Virus record (IMG/VR): IMGVR_UViG_3300027286_000002
Source: a virus
Taxonomy: Duplodnaviria > Caudoviricetes
Strand: one strand, 5' to 3'
DNA: 64,000 nt
Under the pieces are notes generated by a model, which saw only the letters and a list, made by a program, of their open reading frames with translations, was not told where the DNA came from and searched no databases. The position numbers and the translations under genes are program-made. Within the stretch, counting starts at the first letter, position 1. Every line of letters begins with the position of its first letter. Positions 11,012-20,144 of the stretch are shown one piece after another.

Positions 11012-14000
11012 TTAGCAAGAATGTCTAACTTTATAAATGACATTTAAATATTGTTCAATCATGGTTTGGTCAAAGGTATCATCTTTTCTACTTTCCAACC
11101 AATTTTTAAGTGGCTGTGAAGCACCTATTTTAAAGTCGAACATGGCTTGAGAGATATTATCAAAATAGCTAGTCTTATTGAAATACACTTTATCTGTATC
11201 AAAGAAGATTTTCTCAATCTTATTATTGGTTGTGGCATTGTATGTAGATGTAGTATCTTGAGTAGTATCATCTAGGTGGATGACTCTTAACTTACTACCT
11301 GCATCTTTATATTGGATGAAAGTAGCAATAGATTGTGGATAAGGTACTCTTGGATAATTTGATTTAAGGAATTGGTTATATTTAGTAGTGTATGCTTTAT
11401 CGTTAAGGACACCATAGATATAATCCATAGTATCGAGAGAAGAGAAGGTTTGGTCTGTAGCTAGTGTGGGTTCATCTTGGTGAGATTTAGAGATTGCTTT
11501 CCCAAATTCGTTTAGAAAGTCAGTTGTGAAGTTAGATGATTGAGATGCAGGCATAATGCTACTGCCTTCATTATAGAGAAATAAAGGTGTAGAGTGAACA
11601 CCTCTGTCACCTTTAAAGAATTTAATATCAGGAATTGTTTTTGTGTATTGTATATGTGCAAAATTATCTTCAAAACAGGTTCGAGAATAAATTAAAAATA
11701 TTTGCTCTTTCGCTTGCTCATGTTTTTTGATTTCTTCTCTTCTACGAGCTGTCAATTTACTATCAAAGTAATGTCTAGTGTCAAAAACTCTATATGTTAA
11801 GGTAGAGAAAATACCATCCTCTTTCTTATTTATAGACTGCTGAATTTTCCTAGTGTTTACTGTTTCTGAACAGTCTAAAGGTAAGATACTATTTTTTAAA
11901 TAATTTTCTATTTTCATAGAAAGTCTATCTGAATTAGTATCTAAAAGTAAATTATCACAACCTGTTGTGATACCAATACTGCTTTCTTTAAAGCAATGTT
12001 CTAAAGAAAAACTATTTTGGTCGTATTCACTTTTAATAGAACTTTCTTGATAATATAAGTAATATTCAGGCTTGAATATCTCTATTTTTATAAAATTATT
12101 TTCCGAAATTGAATTTGTTTCCAAATATTTAAATTTACCTTCCTTTGAGCCTTTAATTTCATGATAGTGTACACTAGCCAAATTACCTACTACTTTCTTA
12201 TTAGTCTTAACGAAGAATGAGATGCACACAGGTGTCTTGATGTTAAAAACATTTTCATCTTTAAAATTAAGAATGTAAATCTCATCAAAACTTTCTAATA
12301 AAGACTTTCTCATATTTGTCATACCAATAGAAGATAAGAAACTACTGTTGGAAATATAAGCTACTACACCACTGCCATTTTGATCAATAAGATTCTGTGC
12401 ATACCTAATAAACTTAATGTAGTCATCATTTAAAGCACCACTGCTACCTTTCATAGCATAATCACCCATGAGATCATTAATAAACTTGCCATTATTCTTA
12501 CTCCTACCATTATAAGGTGGATTGCCAAGAACTACCATCACAGGCTGTTCTTGTCTTACTCTATTTGCTCCTATTGCCTCTTCATTTAATTGATAAACCA
12601 AATCACTCACACTCAATAAATGCTCTTCTACATCCACTGCACCATTTAAGGTGTTTGTTAAGTAAATGTTAAATCTTTCTGTATCTTCACTTAAACTGTC
12701 TTTTAATAACTCATACATCTTCATGTGTGCCATCACATAAGAAGGCATCATCAATTCAAAACCATTTAATCTAGGTATCAAATCTTTATTCACATAATCA
12801 TTCCATAAAGAAGGATACTTGTAATTACTCTTGATATATGAAACTACTGAATTTAAAAAATTGCCTGTGCCTGTCGCAGGATCTAAAATCTGTACCTTAT
12901 GCACATTTTCTTTATTTACCATTTCTGTTTTATATGAGTTTTCACCTACCTTTACTTTTTTATTGTAGGTATAGGATTGCTTTTCACTAGATGAAATACC
13001 ATCTTTAATAGCAAACTTAGTCTTTAAGATTTCATCTACACCTTTTACAATATAGTCCACTACTTCTACAGGTGTGTACCAAACACCCATTTGCTTTCTT
13101 AATTCAGGATCATATTGCTCTAAAAAATTCTCATAAAAGTGAATAACTATATCATTGTTAGCCAGCTTTAAAGATGAAATGATTTTACTCATATCCGTGT
13201 TAGCTAAAATGGTTGTGATTGCATCTATCAAATTATTGATGCTTTGGGATAACTCATTCTTATCATTGCTAATGGTATCAAAGAATTGCTTTAATAAAGG
13301 ATTGGTATTTGGGATAAGATTTGAAGCATCTGATCTAGTAAAGATAGCATTTGGATCTTTTTGGAAAGCATAATACCTTGATGCAAATAAACCATAACTT
13401 AAAGTTTGTGCATAAAGGTCTGCAAATTGACTGTTATCAATATCTTCAATAAGCATCTTTTTAAATTCATTTCTATATGCCACCAGCTTGTATTTCTTTT
13501 TGGTTTTAATCTTTTGCTCAATTTCAAGATCATCAGTATTTAAAGTAGATAAGATGTCTGCTTTAAGTAGCTTAGTTTTATCTGCAAGTTTTTTAGCTAA
13601 TGCCAAAGGATTATTAAAATGGATAGTGCTTGCCATGAAGTTATCTAGCAAGGTATTAAACTTATCAAAGCTGGCAGGATTGGTTTCATCTAGTTTGCAT
13701 TTATCTAATAGGATGCCATCTTGGTAAAATTCAAAGTCAATAAAGTTAGTGATAAGCAATTTAGGAAATGCCTGCTTATATCTATTGAATTGGTCTTGAT
13801 GTTTTTTATGAGATAAATCTTCATTAAGGTTTTTAGTTTCAATATAGAAAGCTACCAAAGAGTTTTGAGTATAGACTTCCATATCAATTTTATTTTTACC
13901 TTTGCCTGTTGGTTCATCAGTAAAGACAAGACCTTTAAGAATAGATTTAAGAGCAGGACGATAAGAGTATTCAGAACCATTACGAGATTCGATATCTTTA

Positions 14001-14026
14001 AGTTGGTTTAGGTATGTAGTAAGCAT
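11012..14026 (-). CDS. Fused restriction-modification enzyme, type IIG/ISP-like (PD-(D/E)xK nuclease + N6-adenine MTase + C-terminal specificity domain)
   Basis: IDM..IETK nuclease-like motif, GVWYTP, ILDPATGTGNFL (SAM-binding), VLGNPPY (catalytic), C-terminal DYIYGVL..Y..KY..FLK..YPRVPYP and KIG..QP..NWL..RK typical of the type ISP C-terminal family; no helicase domain. Confidence 0.85.
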   Translation of the reverse strand: MLTTYLNQLKDIESRNGSEYSYRPALKSILKGLVFTDEPTGKGKNKIDMEVYTQNSLVAFYIETKNLNEDLSHKKHQDQFNRYKQAFPKLLITNFIDFEFYQDGILLDKCKLDETNPASFDKFNTLLDNFMASTIHFNNPLALAKKLADKTKLLKADILSTLNTDDLEIEQKIKTKKKYKLVAYRNEFKKMLIEDIDNSQFADLYAQTLSYGLFASRYYAFQKDPNAIFTRSDASNLIPNTNPLLKQFFDTISNDKNELSQSINNLIDAITTILANTDMSKIISSLKLANNDIVIHFYENFLEQYDPELRKQMGVWYTPVEVVDYIVKGVDEILKTKFAIKDGISSSEKQSYTYNKKVKVGENSYKTEMVNKENVHKVQILDPATGTGNFLNSVVSYIKSNYKYPSLWNDYVNKDLIPRLNGFELMMPSYVMAHMKMYELLKDSLSEDTERFNIYLTNTLNGAVDVEEHLLSVSDLVYQLNEEAIGANRVRQEQPVMVVLGNPPYNGRSKNNGKFINDLMGDYAMKGSSGALNDDYIKFIRYAQNLIDQNGSGVVAYISNSSFLSSIGMTNMRKSLLESFDEIYILNFKDENVFNIKTPVCISFFVKTNKKVVGNLASVHYHEIKGSKEGKFKYLETNSISENNFIKIEIFKPEYYLYYQESSIKSEYDQNSFSLEHCFKESSIGITTGCDNLLLDTNSDRLSMKIENYLKNSILPLDCSETVNTRKIQQSINKKEDGIFSTLTYRVFDTRHYFDSKLTARRREEIKKHEQAKEQIFLIYSRTCFEDNFAHIQYTKTIPDIKFFKGDRGVHSTPLFLYNEGSSIMPASQSSNFTTDFLNEFGKAISKSHQDEPTLATDQTFSSLDTMDYIYGVLNDKAYTTKYNQFLKSNYPRVPYPQSIATFIQYKDAGSKLRVIHLDDTTQDTTSTYNATTNNKIEKIFFDTDKVYFNKTSYFDNISQAMFDFKIGASQPLKNWLESRKDDTFDQTMIEQYLNVIYKVRHSC

Positions 14027-14308
14027 TTATATTTCATGTCTTTTTTTGAGAACAAAAGAGTAAAGATCTGAGTCAATCTTTAGATATTTAGGTTGTGCAA
14101 AGAGATAAGTATCTTTGTATGAGTACAGCCATTCTTTTCCATCATGGTAAACATGATGGATTGTGTTGGTGTTTGTAACCAAAAGAAAACTATTAACATC
14201 AAGACTTTTAAGAGAGAGAAAAAAGAAATGATCATAGAACTTTGTGCAAAGAAATTCATTTAAAGTTCCACTTTGTACTTTAAGGTATAAATCTTCTTCT
14301 TTTAACAT
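14027..14308 (-). CDS. Hypothetical protein (93 aa), coupled to the RM gene
   Basis: Its TAA abuts the ATG of 11012..14026. Confidence 0.6.
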   Translation of the reverse strand: MLKEEDLYLKVQSGTLNEFLCTKFYDHFFFLSLKSLDVNSFLLVTNTNTIHHVYHDGKEWLYSYKDTYLFAQPKYLKIDSDLYSFVLKKRHEI

Positions 14309-14317
14309 TTTTGTGGA

Positions 14318-14599
14318 TTACTTAGACTTTCTATATGCTTCACAGATTTCTTTAAATCTTGCTTGACCATCTTTCCATTCTTGACTGTTATAGTCAGTGG
14401 TGTCTTCTTCCATAGGATATTCATCTTGTTTTTCAACAGGATCACACCATTCACTTGGATCAATATCTGCTAAAGACCATTCATCAGTGGATTTAGGTAA
14501 GGTACTCATTTGACCCCATGCAGGTGGTGCAGGATGTTCAGAAATGTTAGTCCAATTGAATTTAGGTTGGTTAGTAGACCATGTTTTTTGATTTGTCAT
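14318..14599 (-). CDS. Small acidic Trp-rich hypothetical protein (93 aa)
   Basis: AAAGGA SD, first gene after conserved motif at 14638; 6 Trp, D/E-rich. Confidence 0.65.
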   Translation of the reverse strand: MTNQKTWSTNQPKFNWTNISEHPAPPAWGQMSTLPKSTDEWSLADIDPSEWCDPVEKQDEYPMEEDTTDYNSQEWKDGQARFKEICEAYRKSK

Positions 14600-14637
14600 T
14601 TTGACTAATCCTTTGTGTTTTTGTTATTGATACTACA

Positions 14638-14670
14638 TAAACACTTAGGATTAAGATTTATTGCAAGTTC
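14638..14670 (-). promoter_or_regulatory. Conserved promoter-like motif copy 1
   Basis: GAACTTGCAATAA-N13-GTGTTTA then TG-TAGTAT on minus strand, upstream of 14318..14599. Confidence 0.75.
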
Positions 14671-15412
14671 AATAAGAAAAATATTTTTTCATAAAATAAT
14701 GTAATGGCTTTCTCTTATATTGGTAATGCAATCCATATTGCTCTTGGAAAGGATACATCTCATTCAAATCTCTAAGTTTTGATCCATATTTATTGACCAT
14801 GAGATCATGTAAATCATCAAGATCAGGGATATGTTTTAAAGAAGCAAGATCAGCCTCTACTTGCAGAGCAACAGATAATTGTTGAAAAATCCATTGCTGT
14901 GCAGGATGATCTAATAAGACATTTTGAAGAGTACTTAAAAGAACATCACCAAGAGAAAGGTAATAGAAAGTGAAGTAATAAGGATCATGTGATTCAAGGT
15001 ATTTAGAAATACAGTAATCAAGAGTAGAGAAAGTAGTTTTATCTTTAATGCGAGTATGCAAAGTAGTTGGACACAAAATACCATCTTGATCTTTAAAAGA
15101 ATAGACACTATCTTCAGCCAAAGGCACTGATCCAATTTCTTTACCTAAGATGGTAGTAGTATCTTTACCAGCTTGACGAGTATCTGTTAAAGTGGTGGCA
15201 TCTGCTTGATAAAGCATGAAAGCATACAAAGAGATATTTTCATTAGTGTTAAGTTCAAAACAAGTATGGTGTTGTAAAACATTTAACCATAATTCGGATT
15301 GAGAGTAAAAATTAGGATCAAGAGCCTGTAGGAAGTCTTTAACATCTTGATCATTTTCTTCAATTCGTTTTAAGACGATTTGTTCAAATTTTTGAAACAG
15401 TAGGTTAGACAT
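14669..15412 (-). CDS. Hypothetical protein (247 aa)
   Basis: ORF with AAAAAGG SD; no recognised motif. Confidence 0.65.
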   Translation of the reverse strand: MSNLLFQKFEQIVLKRIEENDQDVKDFLQALDPNFYSQSELWLNVLQHHTCFELNTNENISLYAFMLYQADATTLTDTRQAGKDTTTILGKEIGSVPLAEDSVYSFKDQDGILCPTTLHTRIKDKTTFSTLDYCISKYLESHDPYYFTFYYLSLGDVLLSTLQNVLLDHPAQQWIFQQLSVALQVEADLASLKHIPDLDDLHDLMVNKYGSKLRDLNEMYPFQEQYGLHYQYKRKPLHYFMKKYFSY

Positions 15413-15478
15413 AGTGTTTACCTTTTTATTTAGATGTGGATGGTAAACAGACTTATAATAAAGTGTAGAGGATTTCTG

Positions 15479-15509
15479 TTTTTAATAATGAATTTATTTT
15501 ATATGTTTT
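15479..15509 (+). promoter_or_regulatory. AT-rich 31-bp element copy 1 (possible late promoter)
   Basis: TTTTTAATAATGAATTTATTTTATATGTTTT, 30/31 identical to 16356..16386; both precede + strand genes. Confidence 0.45.
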
Positions 15510-15546
15510 TAAGAATGTTCATTTACTTTTTCAAAAAGGACAAAAA

Positions 15547-16311
15547 ATGTTTAGAAGATTAAACTCTTTAGCTAAAAAAATAGCAGTAGCATCTCAAAGA
15601 ACACAATCTAGTATTCCAGCTACTCGTAGTCGTTTTGCATCTCGTTCTCGTTTCGCTATGGAAGATCAAGGTGTGAGCCTTAGCGAACTTTCACCACAAA
15701 TGCAAGATACAGCACACTCATTATGGCTTGGTGGTGACAATCCCGAATATGAGATCGCACAAGATATTATTCATGATGAGATCAATCTATTAAATTCTAC
15801 TGTATTTCCAGAAATTACTATGGAAAAATACGGTTTAGAATATGATTACTATCATGGTGAATTTTCTGTTGAAATTGCTAGAATCGATTTTACCGATCTT
15901 TTGATGACACCACGATTTGCAAAGTATAAAAGTCTTGGTAAATTCCTAAGAAGCATTATCTCAGATTTTGATGATTCTAGTACCACAGTCAGTACAGGAT
16001 TTCATGGTGGCTACAAGTTGAAAGGAAATCAAGACTATGCTGAAGGCACAACAAGTTTCTTATTATATCGCATTCAAGACGAAATTGGTCAATATTATGG
16101 CTCTGATCCTAAAAAGGGATTTGCTGGTTTAAAGAATTTGGTTGAAGATTTTGTAGATGAGGTTAGAGAATATGTAACAGATTTCTTACATGAAATTACA
16201 CAGATCATTCGTAACGAATTTGAAAATATTGAAAGTTTTGAATATTTTAAAGACCGAGCAGAAGATAATGATTATAAATTTGACCCGAGGACAGGTAAAA
16301 TTGTTTCCTAA
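15547..16311 (+). CDS. Hypothetical protein with basic RxAS-type leader and acidic body
   Basis: MFRRLNSLAKKIAVAS..RSRFASRSRFA leader; C-terminal AEDNDYKFDPRTG resembles an ending common in phage hypothetical proteins. Confidence 0.65.
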   Translation: MFRRLNSLAKKIAVASQRTQSSIPATRSRFASRSRFAMEDQGVSLSELSPQMQDTAHSLWLGGDNPEYEIAQDIIHDEINLLNSTVFPEITMEKYGLEYDYYHGEFSVEIARIDFTDLLMTPRFAKYKSLGKFLRSIISDFDDSSTTVSTGFHGGYKLKGNQDYAEGTTSFLLYRIQDEIGQYYGSDPKKGFAGLKNLVEDFVDEVREYVTDFLHEITQIIRNEFENIESFEYFKDRAEDNDYKFDPRTGKIVS

Positions 16312-16355
16312 TTACTTTTTTTAATAAAAACTACCTAACATATTAGATCACTTCT

Positions 16356-16386
16356 TTTTTAATAATGTATTTATTTTATATGTTTT
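16356..16386 (+). promoter_or_regulatory. AT-rich 31-bp element copy 2 (possible late promoter)
   Basis: TTTTTAATAATGTATTTATTTTATATGTTTT upstream of ATG 16422. Confidence 0.45.
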
Positions 16387-16421
16387 ATTTAAACTATAAA
16401 GATCAAAAAGGAAGTGATGCT

Positions 16422-16919
16422 ATGAATAAGCACAATGCTATTAAAAAAGCAATGCTACAAAGATTATCTGCTGATAATCAAAGAGATATTCCAAAATATG
16501 TACAAGACAAAGCAGAGTTTTTTGAAAAAGAAAAAGGATATGATACAGGATATGCTTTTAGTACAGCTTGGAGCATTTATTGTAAATATAAAAATCCCAA
16601 CGATAAAGCACATTGCACAAAAGATCCAAGTGAATATTTTACAGGTAAAACAGCAAGTTTCAAATATGCAGGTGCTGTAAAAGAAATGCTTATGGATGCT
16701 ATTGATGAAAGCATTAAATATCTTGAACAAATCACTAAACTTGATTTACTAGATGATGATGTTTTATTTGATCTTACACAGGAATATGTAATGAGTTCTT
16801 TTAATCCTAGAACAGAAATGCAGATTGAAAAGCTATTATTTTCAAAAGGTGTTAATAAATTTTTGATTGGTAAGTTTTTTAATAAAGTTCAATTTGAAAC
16901 ACAAGAAGTTCCATTTTAA
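16422..16919 (+). CDS. Hypothetical protein (YAFSTAWSIYC motif, weakly ChaB-like)
   Basis: Start after AAAAAGGAAG SD; motif resemblance only. Confidence 0.55.
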   Translation: MNKHNAIKKAMLQRLSADNQRDIPKYVQDKAEFFEKEKGYDTGYAFSTAWSIYCKYKNPNDKAHCTKDPSEYFTGKTASFKYAGAVKEMLMDAIDESIKYLEQITKLDLLDDDVLFDLTQEYVMSSFNPRTEMQIEKLLFSKGVNKFLIGKFFNKVQFETQEVPF

Positions 16920-18254
16920 TTAAAAGGTAATCTTCATTTCACCTACTTGATTTCCATTTACATTTTTAATGACTACTTGACTGCATTCCTTTAAATCTAA
17001 ATCATTGATTTGGATATTTTCAATGATTAAGGTTGCACCTTCTGTCATTTGGAATTTCATTCCATTGATGCCTGCACTCTTAAACACTTTGGTTTCTGTT
17101 TTAATAGTATCTGTTTTCATAACAGGTATATCCTTTTCTATAGGTGGTTGCTCTACTATAGGTTGCTCTATAATGGTTGGTTGTTCTATAATGGTTGGTT
17201 GTTCTATAATGGTTGGTTGTTCTACAATGGTTGCAGGTTGCTCTACAATGGTAGGTTGGTTATCTAAAAGATGTTTAAAATCATCTTGGTATTTCATTTC
17301 CATCATGTCTTTTACTTCTGTTTTAAGTACAGATGGAATGCCACAACCAAAAATGCCTTTAAATGCTTGATCAATCTTATGGAAGTTTTTAGTCCATTCT
17401 TTATCAAGAACAGGATCAGTAACCATATCAATCAGCCATTGTCTTTTGATTTCAAGATACTGTTCTTTGCTGTATCGTTCTGATTTACCTTGTATTACAG
17501 ATAAAACATGATCTGTTAATAAGATCGCACCTTGTTCATACCAAGATTCTACTCTTGGTGGTAAAGGTGTGCTTGTAGTCATATCCAAAGGATTTTCAAG
17601 ACCATTTAAGAAATTGTTAATGTTTTCTCTGATACATTTTCTGTAAAAATCTACAGGATTTTCATTATGCACATTCACAGGTAGTAAACGATATGGTTTA
17701 TCCATACAGTTTTTTTCAATCACTAACCAATCTTCTTTTTGAATGATTGTTTTAATAAAATTTTCAACTGTGAACACAAAAAAGTCACTTTCTTGTTTGC
17801 AGTCCTCTGCTGGTAATAGAGATCTTAACATTTTAAACCTTTGTGATATTTCCCAAAAGTTTGGATAGTGTTTTTGAATGGTTTCAATCGTAGGTTTGAT
17901 TTTTTGCACAATCTCAATAAATGGTATGCCTAAATCATCTGCTTCTTTTTTTGCCCATTCTCTTATAGGATGTCCTGACATATCTTTTAAATGAAAGACA
18001 AGCATTGTAGTAAATGGAATGATTGGAAAAGACTTTTTGGTTGGATCTTTATGTCCACCAAACATAAAATTCATGCCTAGTTCTTTTCTCAATGCAGGTA
18101 AAATCACATCTTTAATGTTTTCCAACCTGCCACCTACAAAGTAGCATTGAAATGGAAAATTGAGATTGTCATTAGTGATTTGAAAGCTATTTGGATTATC
18201 AAATAATGCTTTAATTTTTTTGCCATCTGTTGGTAATGGTATGCTTGTTGTCAT
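16920..18254 (-). CDS. Protein with N-terminal DUF2325-like flavodoxin-fold domain and PTIIEQ repeats
   Basis: YFVGG...MSGH..REWAKKEADDLGIPFI fits the DUF2325 pattern; tandem repeat near C-terminus. Confidence 0.55.
   Translation of the reverse strand: MTTSIPLPTDGKKIKALFDNPNSFQITNDNLNFPFQCYFVGGRLENIKDVILPALRKELGMNFMFGGHKDPTKKSFPIIPFTTMLVFHLKDMSGHPIREWAKKEADDLGIPFIEIVQKIKPTIETIQKHYPNFWEISQRFKMLRSLLPAEDCKQESDFFVFTVENFIKTIIQKEDWLVIEKNCMDKPYRLLPVNVHNENPVDFYRKCIRENINNFLNGLENPLDMTTSTPLPPRVESWYEQGAILLTDHVLSVIQGKSERYSKEQYLEIKRQWLIDMVTDPVLDKEWTKNFHKIDQAFKGIFGCGIPSVLKTEVKDMMEMKYQDDFKHLLDNQPTIVEQPATIVEQPTIIEQPTIIEQPTIIEQPIVEQPPIEKDIPVMKTDTIKTETKVFKSAGINGMKFQMTEGATLIIENIQINDLDLKECSQVVIKNVNGNQVGEMKITF
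17145..17260 (-). repeat. Coding tandem repeat, ~18-bp unit (PTI[I/V]EQ), about 6 copies
   Basis: TTCTATAATGGTTGGTTG repeated on + strand; protein QPTIVEQPATIVEQPTIIEQPTIIEQPTIIEQPIVEQP. Confidence 0.9.
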
Positions 18255-18351
18255 TTAAAGTTTTCCTTTGTTGACTGTTTGGTTTTTATTCTTAAAGTAT
18301 TTAAAATTAAATTTTACATTTTTAGATCACTTTTTTTGTGATCACCTGCAT

Positions 18352-18903
18352 TTAGAACATTATCTTTTCTAAGACTTCTCTTAAATCACTTAATGTTCTA
18401 TGACTGCCTGTATCTTCAAAACCTTTTTCTTTTTGCTCTTCATAACTTTCATAGATACCGAAAAGTTCACCTGTCAAATCTGACATATCGGAATATTCGT
18501 TATGTTCTACTATGAGTTCAAATGGTTCTGTCAAAGTACCAAGTGTATTGAATATCTTTGATCTCATTGTCTTTTCAAGACTGTGAAATTCAGTTTCTGT
18601 TGCCACTTCTTCAAGTAAACCTCTTAACTTGCTAACTGTCTTTTCACAAATCTTAAAGTTTGCATAGACTTCACTTGCATCTTCTGCATCTCTCATGATG
18701 CTACAAATCACTTCTTCAATCTCATCATTCGCTTGATAGAGATCATGCTGTTTAGACAATGTACTATCTGTATAGTTAACTGCTACTGCTTTGACAACGA
18801 ATGCCTTGAAATCTGCCTCAAGACCTGCAAAGTCATTGTCATGTTTACTGTGTAGGTCTTGAAGACCTTTGAAAATATTTAGGATTAAAGATGACTTCTT
18901 CAA
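18352..18903 (-). CDS. Acidic helical hypothetical protein (183 aa)
   Basis: AAAAGGA SD, preceded by conserved motif at 18943. Confidence 0.65.
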   Translation of the reverse strand: MKKSSLILNIFKGLQDLHSKHDNDFAGLEADFKAFVVKAVAVNYTDSTLSKQHDLYQANDEIEEVICSIMRDAEDASEVYANFKICEKTVSKLRGLLEEVATETEFHSLEKTMRSKIFNTLGTLTEPFELIVEHNEYSDMSDLTGELFGIYESYEEQKEKGFEDTGSHRTLSDLREVLEKIMF

Positions 18904-18942
18904 TTTTGATCCTTTTGAGTGGTTGGTTTGTTTGGTAATAGG

Positions 18943-18975
18943 TAAACACTTAAGATCAGAACTTATTGCAAGTTC
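18943..18975 (-). promoter_or_regulatory. Conserved promoter-like motif copy 2
   Basis: GAACTTGCAATAA-N13-GTGTTTA-CC-TATTAC. Confidence 0.75.
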
Positions 18976-18987
18976 ATTTAAGTTTTT

Positions 18988-19398
18988 TTATTCAACTAGG
19001 ATATACGATTGTAATCCATCGTTTTCATGTAGTGGTCTGAACTCAACAAGTTTAAAATTTCTTATTTTTTCAGACCAATCTTCTGCTGTCGGATCATGGA
19101 ATTTAGTTAAAAATTCAAAGACCATTTCATTTCTTAGTTTATTGAAACTAGGACTCAGATGCTCGATTTTATTAATCACTATCGTATAGTTAATACCTTT
19201 GTGATCTTCGGATTTGACCTTTGCCATGATAATTTCTTTACCATCGCTATCAATAAACCAAAGTGTTCTTTGGAATGCCACCAAAGATTTACTACGGATA
19301 CCATCATTCAACCATAATGATACCTGATTAGAGAGGAAGGATGAAATCACTTCGGAATTTGTAAATGTAGCCATAATAGCAACACTTCTTTCTGCCAC
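18988..19398 (-). CDS. Hypothetical protein (~130 aa; start uncertain)
   Basis: ORF downstream of motif at 19474; alternative ATG at 19374. Confidence 0.55.
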   Translation of the reverse strand: MAERSVAIMATFTNSEVISSFLSNQVSLWLNDGIRSKSLVAFQRTLWFIDSDGKEIIMAKVKSEDHKGINYTIVINKIEHLSPSFNKLRNEMVFEFLTKFHDPTAEDWSEKIRNFKLVEFRPLHENDGLQSYILVE

Positions 19399-19473
19399 CT
19401 ACAAGTAAAGTAGCACAGAGTAAAAAGAACTAGAGTTTTCAAAGAGCTTACGATTTTTTCATTTCGTATCATA

Positions 19474-19506
19474 TAAACACTTATGCTCAATTTAAATTGC
19501 AAGTTC
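19474..19506 (-). promoter_or_regulatory. Conserved promoter-like motif copy 3
   Basis: GAACTTGCAA-N16-GTGTTTA-TA-TGATAC. Confidence 0.75.
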
Positions 19507-19579
19507 ATTTAAGTTTTTTCATATTCTTTTTATATTCTATCTATCTTTCATACATATAAAGATGAAAGGTTTTAATCCT

Positions 19580-20140
19580 ATGTTTTTTAAAAATCGTATT
19601 GCCAAAGCTAATGTAAATCCTGTTAGGCAAAGAACACAATACTCTTGTGTATCTGCATCTACTGCTATGGCATTAAATGCTTTAGGTTTTGACACATCAG
19701 AAGATGAAGTTCAAAAAGTAATTGGTGCTAAACCTATGCAAGGTGCTAGATGGGAAGAAGTTTTAGCCTGCCTGCAACATTATGGCTGTAGAGGTACTTT
19801 AGTTGTACCTTCTACTTTAAAGCAAGTTAAAGGCTGGACAGATCTAGGCAAGCCTGTTCTCATCTCTTGGAATCCTGAAGGTAGAGAATGGAGTCATGCA
19901 AGTTTAATTTTTGATGTAGTAGAAAAACCTGATGGTACTATGGATGTTTATGTTGCTGATCCAAATATCCCTGATCCTGATCAAACTGTTAGGATTGTAG
20001 ATTCAAGTACTTTCTATTCTAAATGGGCAGAGAAATGGCCCAATTACATGGTTCGTAGACCTGCTCTTATGGTTGATCGTGAAGTAAACTCAGAAGGTCG
20101 TCAAGTGATGGCATCTCTAAGAAAAAGAAAAGGATTTTAA
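19580..20140 (+). CDS. C39-like (papain-fold) cysteine peptidase
   Basis: QRTQYSC (Q-x4-S-C), SHASL (His), VADPN (Asp) in C39 order; SD AAAGG before ATG 19580. Confidence 0.75.
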   Translation: MFFKNRIAKANVNPVRQRTQYSCVSASTAMALNALGFDTSEDEVQKVIGAKPMQGARWEEVLACLQHYGCRGTLVVPSTLKQVKGWTDLGKPVLISWNPEGREWSHASLIFDVVEKPDGTMDVYVADPNIPDPDQTVRIVDSSTFYSKWAEKWPNYMVRRPALMVDREVNSEGRQVMASLRKRKGF

Positions 20141-20144
20141 TAAA

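Noticed and set aside
11012-14026. This RM enzyme as the acceptor for the mini-gene cassettes
   Set aside because: No ICWF or W.N..D.YLAP anchors in its sequence; its C-terminus is of the type ISP family
18325-18343. GATCAC-T7-GTGATC hairpin as terminator
   Set aside because: Only a 6-bp stem and no U-tract on the transcribed (minus) strand
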